NCBI GenBank assembly: GCA_024679065.1
Contig: JAGIQG010000009.1
Span: forward strand, 89,900,001 to 89,964,000
Reading direction: 5' to 3'
Length of the DNA stretch: 64,000 nucleotides
From: Sphyrna mokarran
Lineage: Eukaryota
The stretch's first letter is position 1; every line of letters begins with the position of its first letter. Position numbers and translations under genes: made by a program. The notes beneath the pieces were generated by a model that saw only the letters and a program-made list of their open reading frames with translations, had not been told where the DNA came from and ran no database searches. Positions 37,501 to 47,204 of this stretch are shown here, piece after piece.

Positions 37501-40500
37501 TAAACTGCAGTATAATCAAATTTTCTCCAAAGATAAGACATTGAGATGTTTCACATTCTGTTCAAACTATCAGTCATGTTGCACTCTTAAGACACTTCAA
37601 TATAATTATGTACAAGATTGAGCAGTGAGGTTTTAGCTGGTTGCCAGCCCCTTAGTGGCTTTTACCATTGCACCTTGGCAGCAGCTACCCCAAGCATTTA
37701 GTGCTTCCTTCAGCATGTAATCCTGGGTTTTGTAACATGTCAGCTTGCAAGATTCAGTTTCAGGCAGACCAAAGAACATCTTTCACTGAGTTGATATCCT
37801 CCAGCAGCAGCTGATATTTGTTTCAGCAGCAGATATGAAGTTTGTCCCTGCAAGTTTGATAGTAAACAAGCTTTCAACCCTCTGGTCTTTGTCAGGAGAC
37901 CAGAGGGTCGAAAGCTTGTGAGTTTACTATCAAATAAATCAGTTGATTTAAACCTGATGTCAGATTTCTTACTGTGTTTACCCCAATCCAACACTGGCAT
38001 CTCTACATCCTGCAACTTGGGACAGAATAGACAAACTGCAATGCTAATAACTCTAATCACCACAATAAAACTGAGGCAGTGTGCAAAAAGCTGCACAAGT
38101 TGCCCATTGCCACAATCTGTTCCTTGGGGGTGCAAATATCCTACAGTGTTGCTAATCACTGCAGAATATGGGCAAGCAAGCAATAAGAGTATAGTTGAAA
38201 AACAAAGCTGATGATCATGATTCTGTGATCCTTTATCTGTAACAGATCCTCCTTTCATTCTAACTTCCTGACCCCACCTTTCTATGCCTCATCACTGCTT
38301 TAAGGCCATTATGTTTCCAGTTTTCAAAAATGGAAAGTGACCATAACCATTCACTCCAGATGTTGCCAGACCTGGAAGTATTTCCAACATCTGCAGCTGT
38401 ACATCAAGTTTTTTTATTTGTACAGAACAGTACTCAGTGCACTGTGATCAATTCTCATGCATCTCATAACAGCTGGATGAATACACTAATCTGCAGCTCA
38501 GCTCACTGAGTGGAAAGGTTTACATTCATTTCCAGCCATTCTGTACTTGAAGATGAAACCATAGAAACAAGCTATTCAGCCCATTGAGCTACATGAATAC
38601 ACAAAGGATTTGAATGAATGGCTTGCCTATCTTGCAAAACCCAGTATTTCACATGCACATCCAGGTGCCTTTCAAATGAGTGATTTATTGTCACATTAGT
38701 ATACAGTGAAAAATAATGTTTGCATACTTTAGACAGTTGAGACAAAGGAAGGTGCAGAGAAAGACCACTTTAATGCAAGATAGGCCCATTCAAGTCTGAT
38801 GGAAGCAGAGAAGCTGTTTTGAGTCAGTTGGTATGCACCTTCAGACTTTTGAATCTTTGATGGAAGGTGGAAGAGTATGTTTGGGGTGCCTGGGGTTCTT
38901 TATTCTGCTGGCTGCTTTGCCAAGGCAGTAGGAAGTGTAGTCAATGGGTGGGAGACTGGTTTGCATGATGGACTGGCTTCATTCACAACCCTTAATTTAT
39001 TGCAGTCTTGGACAAAATAGGAGGCATACCAAGCTGTGATACAACCAGAATGCTTGCTATGGTGCATCTGTAAAAGTTGGAGTCATGGCAGACATGCCAA
39101 ATGTCTTTAGTCTCCAGAGAAAGTTGAAGAGTTGGCAAGTTTTAACTATGCCAGTATGGAGTGACTAGGGCAGGTTGGTGGTGATCTGGGCACAAAGCTC
39201 AACCATTTCTACTTCATCCCCATTGATGTAATAGGGGATGCCCTCCATTACATTGGAGGGTCAATAAGTTTTGTTGACATTTGCAATATTGTCATTGCAC
39301 CAGTTTCTTTCCTGTACTGTCTTATTGTTTAAGATACAACCCATAGGATGGTGGCATCAAACTTGAAGATTAGAGTTGGAGGGGGTTTATAAGGACACAT
39401 CCTTGTGGGGCATTAGTGTTGAGGATGATGTTGTCTATCTTGTTGTGGGGTGGGTTAGGAAGCCCAGGATCCAGTAGCAGAGGAAGGAGCCAAAGTCCAG
39501 GCCACAAATTCAGTTCAACACTTCAGCCCCAACTACCAGCTTCAGTGAATTTTAAGATACCAAGTTTAAAAAATCCTCATGATCACTCCTAATCACCCCA
39601 AATCAAATTAATCTTCAACTGGGAAAGGGATGGGAAAACAAATCTACCTTGCCTCAGCTCTTTGTTCTAAGGAACAACCCCAGCCTATGATTTCCTTGCA
39701 GTAATTCAAGCCCTGGCAACATTCTAATAAATCTCCTCTGCACTCAGATAATGACCATCCTGTAACAGTGATCAGAACTGAACACAAACCCCAGGTGTTG
39801 CCTAACAATGTGCATACAATTCCATTACTCATACTTGGCACATTAAAAACACTGAATGCATATAATTTCCTCCAGGGAAGTGGGGACAATAATTCTAAGC
39901 TCTCACTTCCTCAACCTCAATATCTCCATTTATTTTCCCTTCCTGTTTGCTTAACTAAACATTTCACTTTTGCAGATTGAATTCCACTTGCCTCTTCTGA
40001 CCACTCAAACCATTGATAAAATTCAGTTTGCACTTCATTTATGAAGTGAGGCTGATTAATTTGATTCTCAGAATAAAATTCCTACAATATAGGAGGCCCA
40101 TCATATCTACAATGCAATCCCAATTTACAGAAGTCTTCCTTAGAGCAGAGAAGGGAGAGAGATCATCATCAAGGTGAGCAACTTTTCTTTAATAGAGGAG
40201 CTAATAAGCAGGCAGCATAGATTTAAGGGAATTTCATAGAATCCCATTAGTGCAATTGCAAGTCATTTGGCCCATCAATTCTGGATCAACTTTTTTAACA
40301 TTGTCTAGGTCCACTCCATCCCTGTAACCCCACAAGTTTACTCTGCTACTTCCCCTCACACCACATGCAAGGGTGAACAAAGCATGACCAATTCATCTAA
40401 TCTGCATATCTTTGTATTGTCAGAGAAAACCCAGTCACCCAAGGCTACTGAACCTGGGCGTCTACCCCTGGGCAGAAAACTTTTTCCACAGAGGGTGGTG

Positions 40501-41069
40501 AGCATCTGGAACTCACCAGCTGAAGAGGCAGTAGAAACAGGAGTTAACATTTTAATCATCACTTAGAGCAACAGATCAAGTGCTAGAAATGGGATTAGAA
40601 TACATAGTAAAGAAAATGTTAAAATCTCAGCAAGTCTAATAGTACTTAGTTCAAACAGAGCCAGTATTGAGTAGAAGACCCTTCATTCAGACTCAACGTT
40701 GGCTTTGTCTCTCCAGAAACTCAGACTTGCTGAGGTTTTCCAGTATTTTCCGTTTCAGATGCTAACATCTACAGTATTTTAATGGATAGTCGTTTGATGG
40801 CCGGCACAGACACGATGGGCCGAATGATTTTTTCTCTATAACACCGAATCTTCACTGCGTGGCTGATCAGTTTCATTTACAAACTCCCCAGTTATGCCTC
40901 ACACTTAAACCTAAAGACATGAAGATAACTATTTTACTCCTGTCCGCTCCTTAACTGGGATCTTACCGGCTCCGCTCTCTCTCTCTCCATTGAAGATGAA
41001 CAGGCTCCAGATGAGGAGGGAGATCCGGATCCAGAGGGATCGGGAGCCGCTCACTGTAAACAAACACAT
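10515..41069 (-). CDS. mhc2b: MHC class II beta chain gene (DAB-like), six coding exons, 270 aa: join(complement 41069-40967, 36417-36163, 29638-29357, 28108-27992, 22566-22537, 10540-10515)
   Basis: Exons assembled by hand. Lengths 103+255+282+117+30+26 = 813 nt form one open frame; every intron is GT..AG and phase 1. Domain order is leader, beta1, beta2 (C1-set Ig), connecting peptide/TM, then two cytoplasmic exons ending RLMGPAVS*. Introns are 4549, 6524, 1248, 5425 and 11996 bp. Confidence 0.95.
12155..12715 (-). mobile_element. Old 5'-truncated CR1 (same family as 8470-9480)
   Basis: Shared tail AGGTTTACAGCATGGAAACAGGCCCT; ORF 12546-12761 is RT C-terminus-like. Confidence 0.8.
13103..16690 (-). 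mobile_element. Intermediate-age CR1 LINE (EN+RT) carrying a SINE (about 13458-13830) and a younger CR1 (15802-16490)
   Basis: ORFs 14225-14683, 14786-15112 and 15562-15798 are RT/EN. Sequence resumes collinearly at 16491. Confidence 0.9.
15802..16490 (+). mobile_element. Young 5'-truncated CR1 with ATTAC target-site duplication
   Basis: ATTAC at 15797-15801 and 16491-16495; TGTTCTA tail; ORF 15810-16214. Confidence 0.93.
16964..18614 (-). mobile_element. Young CR1 LINE with uninterrupted 455-aa RT ORF
   Basis: ORF 17051-18418 with full RT motifs including FADD; TAGAACA tail. Confidence 0.97.
19850..20815 (+). mobile_element. Degraded Rex1/Babar-type LINE (related pieces at about 38690-39500 on - and 54975-55180 on +)
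   Basis: DYSSAF...KLISKL..LG.STSLCN.ILNFL-like RT sequence; shared 3' tail (TACACCYTAGCTATKACT...TTTCCTTCTCTATGAA) at about 20720 and 55070. Confidence 0.65.
22537..22566 (-). CDS. mhc2b: MHC IIB exon 5, 30-nt cytoplasmic micro-exon ([10 protein letters not shown])
   Basis: Strong acceptor TTTTTTTCTTTCAG and perfect donor GTGAGT. Phase 1-1 keeps the frame between exons 4 and 6. Confidence 0.88.
24640..25065 (-). mobile_element. V-SINE variant, paralogous to about 13458-13830 (third fragment at about 27855-27972)
   Basis: V-domain core (GGAGTTTGCACATTCTCCC...GGTTTTCTCCGGGTGCTCCAGTTTCC) plus shared flanking blocks. Confidence 0.75.
25260..27660 (-). mobile_element. Old CR1 LINE (EN+RT remnants) in intron 4
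   Basis: ORFs 26103-26309 (DFSKAFDK) and 27180-27497 ([15 protein letters not shown]). Confidence 0.85.
27992..28108 (-). CDS. mhc2b: MHC IIB exon 4, connecting peptide/transmembrane/start of cytoplasmic tail
   Basis: [39 protein letters not shown], with the class II beta GxxGxxxGxxxxxxG TM pattern and RNxK (equivalent to the MARCH-ubiquitinated lysine). CAG/GTAAG boundaries. Confidence 0.95.
29357..29638 (-). CDS. mhc2b: MHC IIB exon 3, beta2 C1-set Ig domain
   Basis: 282 bp (canonical length). Translates [10 protein letters not shown]...[21 protein letters not shown]...DGDWTYQ...[13 protein letters not shown] acceptor at 29639-29641, GTAAG donor at 29356. Confidence 0.97.
30310..31090 (+). 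mobile_element. Degraded Penelope-like element in intron 2
   Basis: VAMCTHMGP-like RT motif, SQCG..YTGETK GIY-YIG-like motif, PVVCHFN, and partially inverted termini. Confidence 0.65.
32690..32900 (+). mobile_element. Myb/SANT-like ORF remnant of a PIF/Harbinger transposon (element probably extends to about 35300)
   Basis: [10 protein letters not shown]...W.AVA...QCCRKIND resembles the Harbinger Myb-like helix pattern LLxAVE...W..VA...QCRKKxND. Confidence 0.55.
36163..36417 (-). CDS. mhc2b: MHC IIB exon 2, beta1 peptide-binding domain ([85 protein letters not shown])
   Basis: Pyrimidine-rich CAG acceptor at 36418-36420 and GTGAG donor at 36162. Two domain cysteines, N-glycan sequon NDT after the first Cys, WN motif (beta-W61 equivalent) and CxxN (beta-N82). 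Confidence 0.95.
37854..38008. mobile_element. Short palindromic Penelope-terminus element in intron 1, CCTGCAA target-site duplication
   Basis: Inverted arms about 37855-37888 and 37897-37934; CCTGCAA at 37847-37853 and 38009-38015. Confidence 0.75.
40967..41069 (-). CDS. mhc2b: MHC IIB exon 1, signal peptide [34 protein letters not shown]
   Basis: ATG at 41069, hydrophobic core, donor G|GTAAGA at 40966, phase 1. Lies in a CpG-rich patch just downstream of a TATTTAAA box. Confidence 0.9.
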
Positions 41070-41122
41070 TTCACCCACAGCGGCTCCGACACAAACTGAA
41101 CCCGGAATGAACCCGACAGGGC

Positions 41123-41481
41123 TTTAAATACAGATACTGACCAATCACAACGGAGCATAAAGATTGACCAGTCACATACCAACACACTGACCAATGAGTA
41201 GCAGGAAAATCATCCAATCAAATCCATACATCCGGGGAACAGGGACCAATCAGCACCAAGAACTCTAGTAGTGGAACAGAGGAGCCAATCAGAACTGGGA
41301 ATGTGTAACCAATCAGAAATGAGATGGCTGACAGTAACAAGCCAATCAGAGAGGAGTATGAGTAGTCACAGGTCCCTGTTTGATACGGACCAATCAAATC
41401 ATAGAAAGGTTCTGCTCTTAAACCCAATAGACCAATCAAAACCAGCAGGACCGCGACTCTGCAAATAAATAAACCAATCAG
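41123..41481 (-). promoter_or_regulatory. TATA-like box (TATTTAAA, 41130-41123) plus array of 11 co-oriented CCAAT/Y-like boxes
   Basis: CCAAT on the + strand starts at 41141, 41191, 41214, 41246, 41285, 41309, 41342, 41390, 41424, 41432 and 41474, mostly as RRCCAATCA. Confidence 0.8.
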
Positions 41482-41515
41482 AGACGGGTAACAGCAATCC
41501 TCATCTGTTGCCATG
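41472..41515 (-). promoter_or_regulatory. MHC class II X box (CATGGCAACAGATG, 41515-41502) and Y box (CTGATTGGTT, 41481-41472), 20-bp spacer
   Basis: Close match to the mammalian class II X1 box (CCTAGCAACAGATG; RFX site) and Y box (NF-Y site) with the canonical 19-20 bp spacing. No convincing S box at the expected distance. Confidence 0.85.
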
Positions 41516-42327
41516 CAGAATTGGGTGATTTATTTAAACTTCTGTGTGGACAGGTCAGTGGGAGACGGCAATATCCTCGCCATAGGAAGCTGCGGTTGGA
41601 GGGATAAATAATCAGAGGGATTCATTCATTTAAAGTTAGGCCCCATTGAAGTGTGTGCTCCTGTACAGTGGTTAGTACACTGAAAGCTGTGACTCCTCTT
41701 CAGTGTTAGTATCTGAGAATTCTTCTGGGCTGGAAAAACTCAAGTCTTGGCTGGAGGATGCTCTGGGTTGGTTCCCACATGTGCTTTCAAAAGAAAGGAG
41801 ATTTCAGGGATCTTAAGAAGCAGGAGGTATAACTCACATAAGTGTACTGGATTCTCACTTAGATTATCACCACTCGTTCACAGTCGACACAGGAGTGGTC
41901 AATGTCTTCCCTGACCAGCTGGAGGGCTCTTTCCTCAAAGTTAGTTGGGAATTATATCCTTGGCATTCCTCTGTCTGGGACAGATGGAGTGAGTGTCAAA
42001 GGTATGTACGTTAGGTCAGATTAGCTATGGTAAAGTATTCAGGGTAATGGAGATAGGGTAGAGAGCTTGAGTAGGACTTACAGCCCGTAGGTGCAAATTT
42101 AATGGGCCAGATGGCCTCTTTCTGTACTGTAGGGATTCTCTGATTCTGTGATACACAGGCAATGTGTTAGGGCAGTTGGTGGCGTGCCATGTGTGGATGG
42201 AATTTGGGACAGGGAGGTGATGAAATACAGGGGAGATTAAAGTGTATGTGAGAGAGTGAGTGATGGTGTCCTTTGAACTGGCAGTAAGTGAGACCTGTGG
42301 ATAAGTAATGGATGTGTGTGTGTGTAT

Positions 42328-44910
42328 TGTGGTGATCCTGTGCCTATAAGAAATGTATTTTTAATCATGTTTCTTTTAGGTTTTTCAAACAGCTCCTAGC
42401 ACTTTAGTGGCAATTTTTTGTCTGTAACTGGTATCTTCTCATTGTTACCGAAGCTTTGTGATGAACATCATGTTTATTTTTGCACCTGATGCAGTGTCCT
42501 GCAGTTTTGTGATCCTTTAGGAATTGCTGGTTGAAACATGATAAACTGGTTAGGTGATGCCTGTGGACAGTTTTTTTCCAAAGAAAATTCCAAACTTTTA
42601 GTTTTGCTTTTCAGTAGTTGCCTGAGGTGAAGAGCAGCAAAAGTGCTTTTCCCTTCTTCTGGAGCTGGAAATTCTGCAGTCTGTGAGTTGCTGTTTGGAC
42701 TTGAGACAGAAAGCAGTCGTTCTCTCTCCCTCTCTCTCCACTGCTTCCCTCCCCCCGCCAACTCTCTCTCTCTCTTTCCCTCTTTCTCTCTCTCTCTCTC
42801 TCCCTTCCTTCTCAAGGGATTTTTGGAACGTTCTAGGACTGGGACGCCTCAAAAATTTAATCCATCCTTTAAAACATCAACTCATTGCAAGTGTTAAAAG
42901 CTGAAAATTCAGCATCACATGAGCATACTTGCTGTCTATGCCAAGGATGGGGCGTATGTTTGTGGGATGTTTGACTTGGAACATCTCCCTCCAGGATGTC
43001 CTTTTCATCTTCCACCTCAATAGTTAACTGTCAAGGTTTAAGCTCTATCATGTATAACTCTTATTTTGTAATTGGTAAAAGTTATGCTATTTCTTTTTAT
43101 TATGTTCTTAAATAAACTTTGTTTGATATGAGGTTTCTAGTTGGTCACTTGAATCATACCTTGCTCACCTATGTGAAATTCAAATGTAAAAACTTAGGAT
43201 TTATACTGTTTTCATAAAACACCTTGGAGTTTTATATCACTACAGTGACTGTAGTGACTGAGATTACAGTCACTAGAGAGGTGGTGCTTGATAGGCTAAC
43301 GGGGCTGAGGGCAGATAAGTCCCCGGGACCGTATGGAATGCATCCCAGGGTCCTCAAGGAAATGGCAGAGGTGATAGTGGATGCCTAGTAATTATCTTTC
43401 AGAACTCGATGGACTTTGAGAAAGTACTGGAAGATTGGAAAACGGCTAATGTTACGCCGCTATTTAAAAAAGGTAGCAGACAGAAGGCAGGGAATTATAG
43501 GCCGGTTAGTTTAACGTCTGTAGTGAAAAAAATGCTTGAATCTGTCATCAAAGCAGAAATAACAAGACTCCTGGATATGAACTGTTTGATCAAGCAGACG
43601 CAGCACGGATTCATTAAGGGGAAGTTGTGCTTGACAAATTTATTGGAGTTCTATGAGGAAGTGACTAGTGCGGTAGATAAAGGGGAACCGGTGGATGTGG
43701 TGTATTTGGATTTCCAAAAAGCGATTGATAAGGTGCCTCACAAAAGATTGCTGCCAAAGGTCAGGGTGTAGGGAGTCGGGGGTAGCGTGTTAGACTGGAT
43801 AGAGGATTAATTGTCTCATAGGAAGCACAGAGTAGGTATTAGTGGATGCTATTCTGATTAGCAGCTGGTGACTAGTGGAGTGCCCCAGAGTTCGTTGCTG
43901 GGGCCTCAACTATTTACCATTTACATAAATGATCTGGAGGAAGGGGCTGAGTGCAGGGTGACGAAATTTGCTGATGACACAAAGATGAGTGGAAAAGCAA
44001 ATTGCGTGGAGGGTGTGGAAAGCCTGCAGAGGGATTTGGATAGGTTGAGTGAGTGGGTGAGGAGCTGGCAGATGGAGTATAATGTTAGCAAGTGTGAGGT
44101 TATCCACATTGTTAGGAATAATGGTAGGATGGATTACTACTTAAATGACGAAAAGCTGCAGCATGCGACGGTGCAGAGGGACCTGGGGGTCCTTTTGCAT
44201 GAATCGCAAAAACACAGTATGCAGGTGCAGCAGGTGATCAAGAAGACAAATGCTTTATAGCTAGGGAGATGGAATATAAAAGTAGGGAGGTCCTGTTGTA
44301 GCTGTATAGGGTACAGGTGAGACAGCAGCTGGAGTACTGTGTGCAGTTTGGTCGTCACTTTCGAGGAAGGATATCTTAGCCTTGGAGGGGGTGCAGAAAA
44401 GGTTCACCAGGCTGATATCGGAGATGAGGGTGTTGGATTATAAGGAGAGACTGAATAGGCTAGGTTTGTACTCATTGGAGTTTAGATGGCTGAGAGGGGA
44501 TCTTATAGAGATGTATAAGATAATGAAGGGGATGGATAGGGTAGTGGTTGAGAGACTCTTCCTGCTTAGCAAAGGTAGCAGGACTAGAGGGCACAGCCTC
44601 AAGATTGGGGGTGGGGTGGTTCAGATCGGAGTTGCGGAGGGGTTTCTCCACGCAAAGGATGGTGAATCTTTGGAATTCTCTGCCTGATGAGGTGGTGGAG
44701 GCTTCCTCACTGAATATGTTCAAGTCAAGAATGGATAGGTTTTTGATTGACAAGGGAATTAAGGGTTACAGGGAGAAAGTGGGAAGGTGGTACTGAACCA
44801 CTACAGATCAGCCATGATCTTATTGAATGGCAGGGCAGGCTTGAGGGGCTGGCTGGCCTACTCCTGCTCCTATTTCTTATGTTCTTATGTTTTTGGCCTC
44901 GGTCTTAACG
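42328..44910 (+). mobile_element. Solo LTR (Gypsy-like; 42328-about 43233 plus about 44891-44910) split near its 3' end by a CR1
   Basis: Starts TGTGG, ends TTAACG, GTAT duplicated at 42324-42327 and 44911-44914. Contains AATAAA and a (CT)n tract at about 42721-42810. The rejoined end is homologous to the LTR at 59618-60425. Confidence 0.75.
43262..44890 (+). mobile_element. CR1 LINE of a second family (TTCTTATG tail), 5'-truncated
   Basis: RT ORFs 43409-43771, 43868-44260 and 44382-44687 with stops; tail TATTTCTTATGTTCTTATG. Confidence 0.93.
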
Positions 44911-45149
44911 GTATGTATATTTGACTGTTTGTGTATGTATGTATGTGTGAGTTGAAAGTGATGAGAAGAATTACTTTCCCTGGCAGACTGGAGGAGATCA
45001 TTCATCGTCTTCCTCCACTGGATGCCTGTCTTCCTCTGCAGGGAGTTGGTACTGACTAACACTGCCACTGCTGCTCCTGCTGGTTCCTTTCTCAGCTGGA
45101 TGGTTCCTGGAGACTGTACACTATTCCTACATCCTTAACTGTTCTCAGA

Positions 45150-45885
45150 ATTCAACTTAGAAAAGTATGAGGTAATGAATGTAGGGAGGGCTAACAAGGC
45201 AAATGATTACCATTGGAATGGTGAGACCCTAGAAAGTACAAATTCCCTGAAGGTTCAATACAGATAGATAAGGTGTATTGGATATTTGTCTTTATTAACT
45301 TAGGCATAGAGTATAAGAGCAGGGAGGTTATGATGGGACTGTTTAAAACACTGGTTAGGCCACAGGTGGAGCACAATGTGTAGTTCTGATCACTGTATTA
45401 AAGGAAGGATGTGATTGCATTGGAGAGGGTGCAGAGGAGGTTTACCAGGATGCTGCCTGGCTGGGAGGTCTCAGCTATGAGGAAAGATTGGATAGACTGG
45501 AACTGTGTTCCTGCAAAGAGCAGCAAAGAGGGGACATAACAGAGATGATAAGATTATGAGAGTATTAACAGGTTGGATAGGAAGGCACTTTTTCCATTCG
45601 GAGAGGGGTCAATAATCTGGTGCATAGAATTAAGGGGAAAGGTAAAAGGCTAAGAAAGGAGTTGAGAAGAAAGCTTTTTTCCCAGATGGTGGCCAGAGTC
45701 TCCAACTCACTGCTGAAAGGGTGGTAGAATTAGAAACTATCAGAACATTTAAGAAATATTTAGATATTCACTTACACTGCATAACCTGCATGGGCCAAGT
45801 GCTGGAAAATGGGATTAGTGTTGTCAGATCTTTGTTCATCATCATGGACATAATGGGACAATTGCTTCTCTCTGTGCTATAAATG
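45150..45885 (+). mobile_element. Old CR1 3' fragment
   Basis: [14 protein letters not shown]-coding sequence near 45420. Confidence 0.85.
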
Positions 45886-45937
45886 TCTGCAACTATATGA
45901 ATCCCTGTTGTTTTTGAGCATCCACAGTTGTTGCAAT

Positions 45938-46210
45938 GTTGGCTCCTCAGGGACAAGGACATGGCTGATGATGCCTGTGTGGATGCTGGAGTGCAGCTGA
46001 AACAAAATACACTGAGATTCGTGCTGCAACTTGCACTCTGATAGAACAGACCAGAGGGGTGCTGAGAATGAGGTTCAGGTGCTGGTGGAGCCCTGCAGCA
46101 TAGAACACAGATAGTGTCATACAACAGCACATATTTATCTGCTGTGTCCTGAATAACATGACAGTACAATAGTGTGAGGAACTGCCTGAGGAGGAGATGG
46201 AGGAGTGGCA
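45938..46210 (+). mobile_element. PIF/Harbinger (HARBI1-type) DDE transposase C-terminal remnant
   Basis: Frameshifted WLLRDK..WLMMPV..AETKYTEIRAATCTLIEQTRGVLRMRFRC..GGALQ..CCVLNNM matches Harbinger transposase motifs (LLGDxGY; IExxFGxLKxRFRC; CCxLHN). Confidence 0.8.
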
Positions 46211-47204
46211 CTTTTCCACTGATGAAGAGGACATTGAGGTGGAAGATGGAAAGAAAGTCCTGGAAGGAAAGCAGTTTGGCCATGAGGCAGTGCCAATGAC
46301 CAAAAGAATGGAAGAACTTGGAATAATATCCAGGCTTGGGCTGACAATTGGCAAGTAATGTTCACACAAAGTAACAAATAACATTGACACAAGTACCAGT
46401 CAATGATCCCACCATCCTGTGTCCACAGCCTGTCTGACTATTGGTAGCGCATACTCTCACTGCTATGATGCATATCGTAGGAGAGGATGCAGTTGCCCAT
46501 AATCCCCACATAGTAGGAGGATGATGATGGCCTGTATTGGGGATAGTCCATTGAACCTTGGTATATTCCCAGGATCAACAGCAGAGGTGGAGGTAGCCTG
46601 TTGTTTGCCATGCCCTGTTGTTTGTGATGTCTTTAACGCCTATCCTGTAAAGGACTGGTATCTGGAGAGTCTTGGCCTGTTTTAAGAGTGCTGCTATGTG
46701 GTAGTGGCATCCTCTTTGGCCTGTGGGGCTGGAGCTGATTCAGTTACAGGAAGAATGGAATCAAATAGGCTGGACACTCCCTGAATCTCCTGGGTGGAAA
46801 GCCCTGAGTGTATATCAGTAGTCTATAGGTGCTAGAGGTCCTTGGCTTCATCGTTAGGATAGAGGGGCAGCTGTAATAAGGTCAAGAAACTCTGCTATTC
46901 GCTGGCATTGACACTTCCGGATGCCTACTGTGCCTTAACCAAGGAGTTTATGCTCTCTATCACAGCAGGACAAAAGTCTCACACCAAGGTCTCCACTGTG
47001 TCTTCCACTCTCAGTGTTGACTGTCTGAGTGTTGGCATGGTCTCCTTAGACAGAAGGCACTGGGATTCCTCCTCCTTTCAATCCCTTCCTGATGTTTCTG
47101 ATTTTGCCTTTAGAGCTCCAGCAACTGGGGTGTAACTGAGGCACTGGCCTCCAGCAGTGTTTCAAGTGCCAGGATCCTGGGAGTTCCTGTGTCCGCTTGA
47201 ACAT

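Noticed and set aside
41141-41481. CRISPR-like repeat-spacer appearance of the CCAAT array
   Set aside because: The repeat is only 5-9 bp, spacing is irregular (8-50 bp), the context is vertebrate and there are no cas genes.
41218-41514. 98-aa ORF with repeated LIG motifs (and the opposite-strand ORF 41271-41468 with repeated NQS)
   Set aside because: These are translations of the CTGATTGG/CCAATCAG promoter boxes; no independent coding signal.
41530-41560. S/W box of the class II promoter
   Set aside because: Nothing like GGACCT lies about 16 bp upstream of X; TGACCTG is about 35 bp away, too far to call.
42328-43244. LTR ending at ATCACTACA (apparent inverted terminus matching TGTGGTGAT)
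   Set aside because: No matching TSD there. The sequence is junction filler, and the true end with a GTAT TSD is at 44910.
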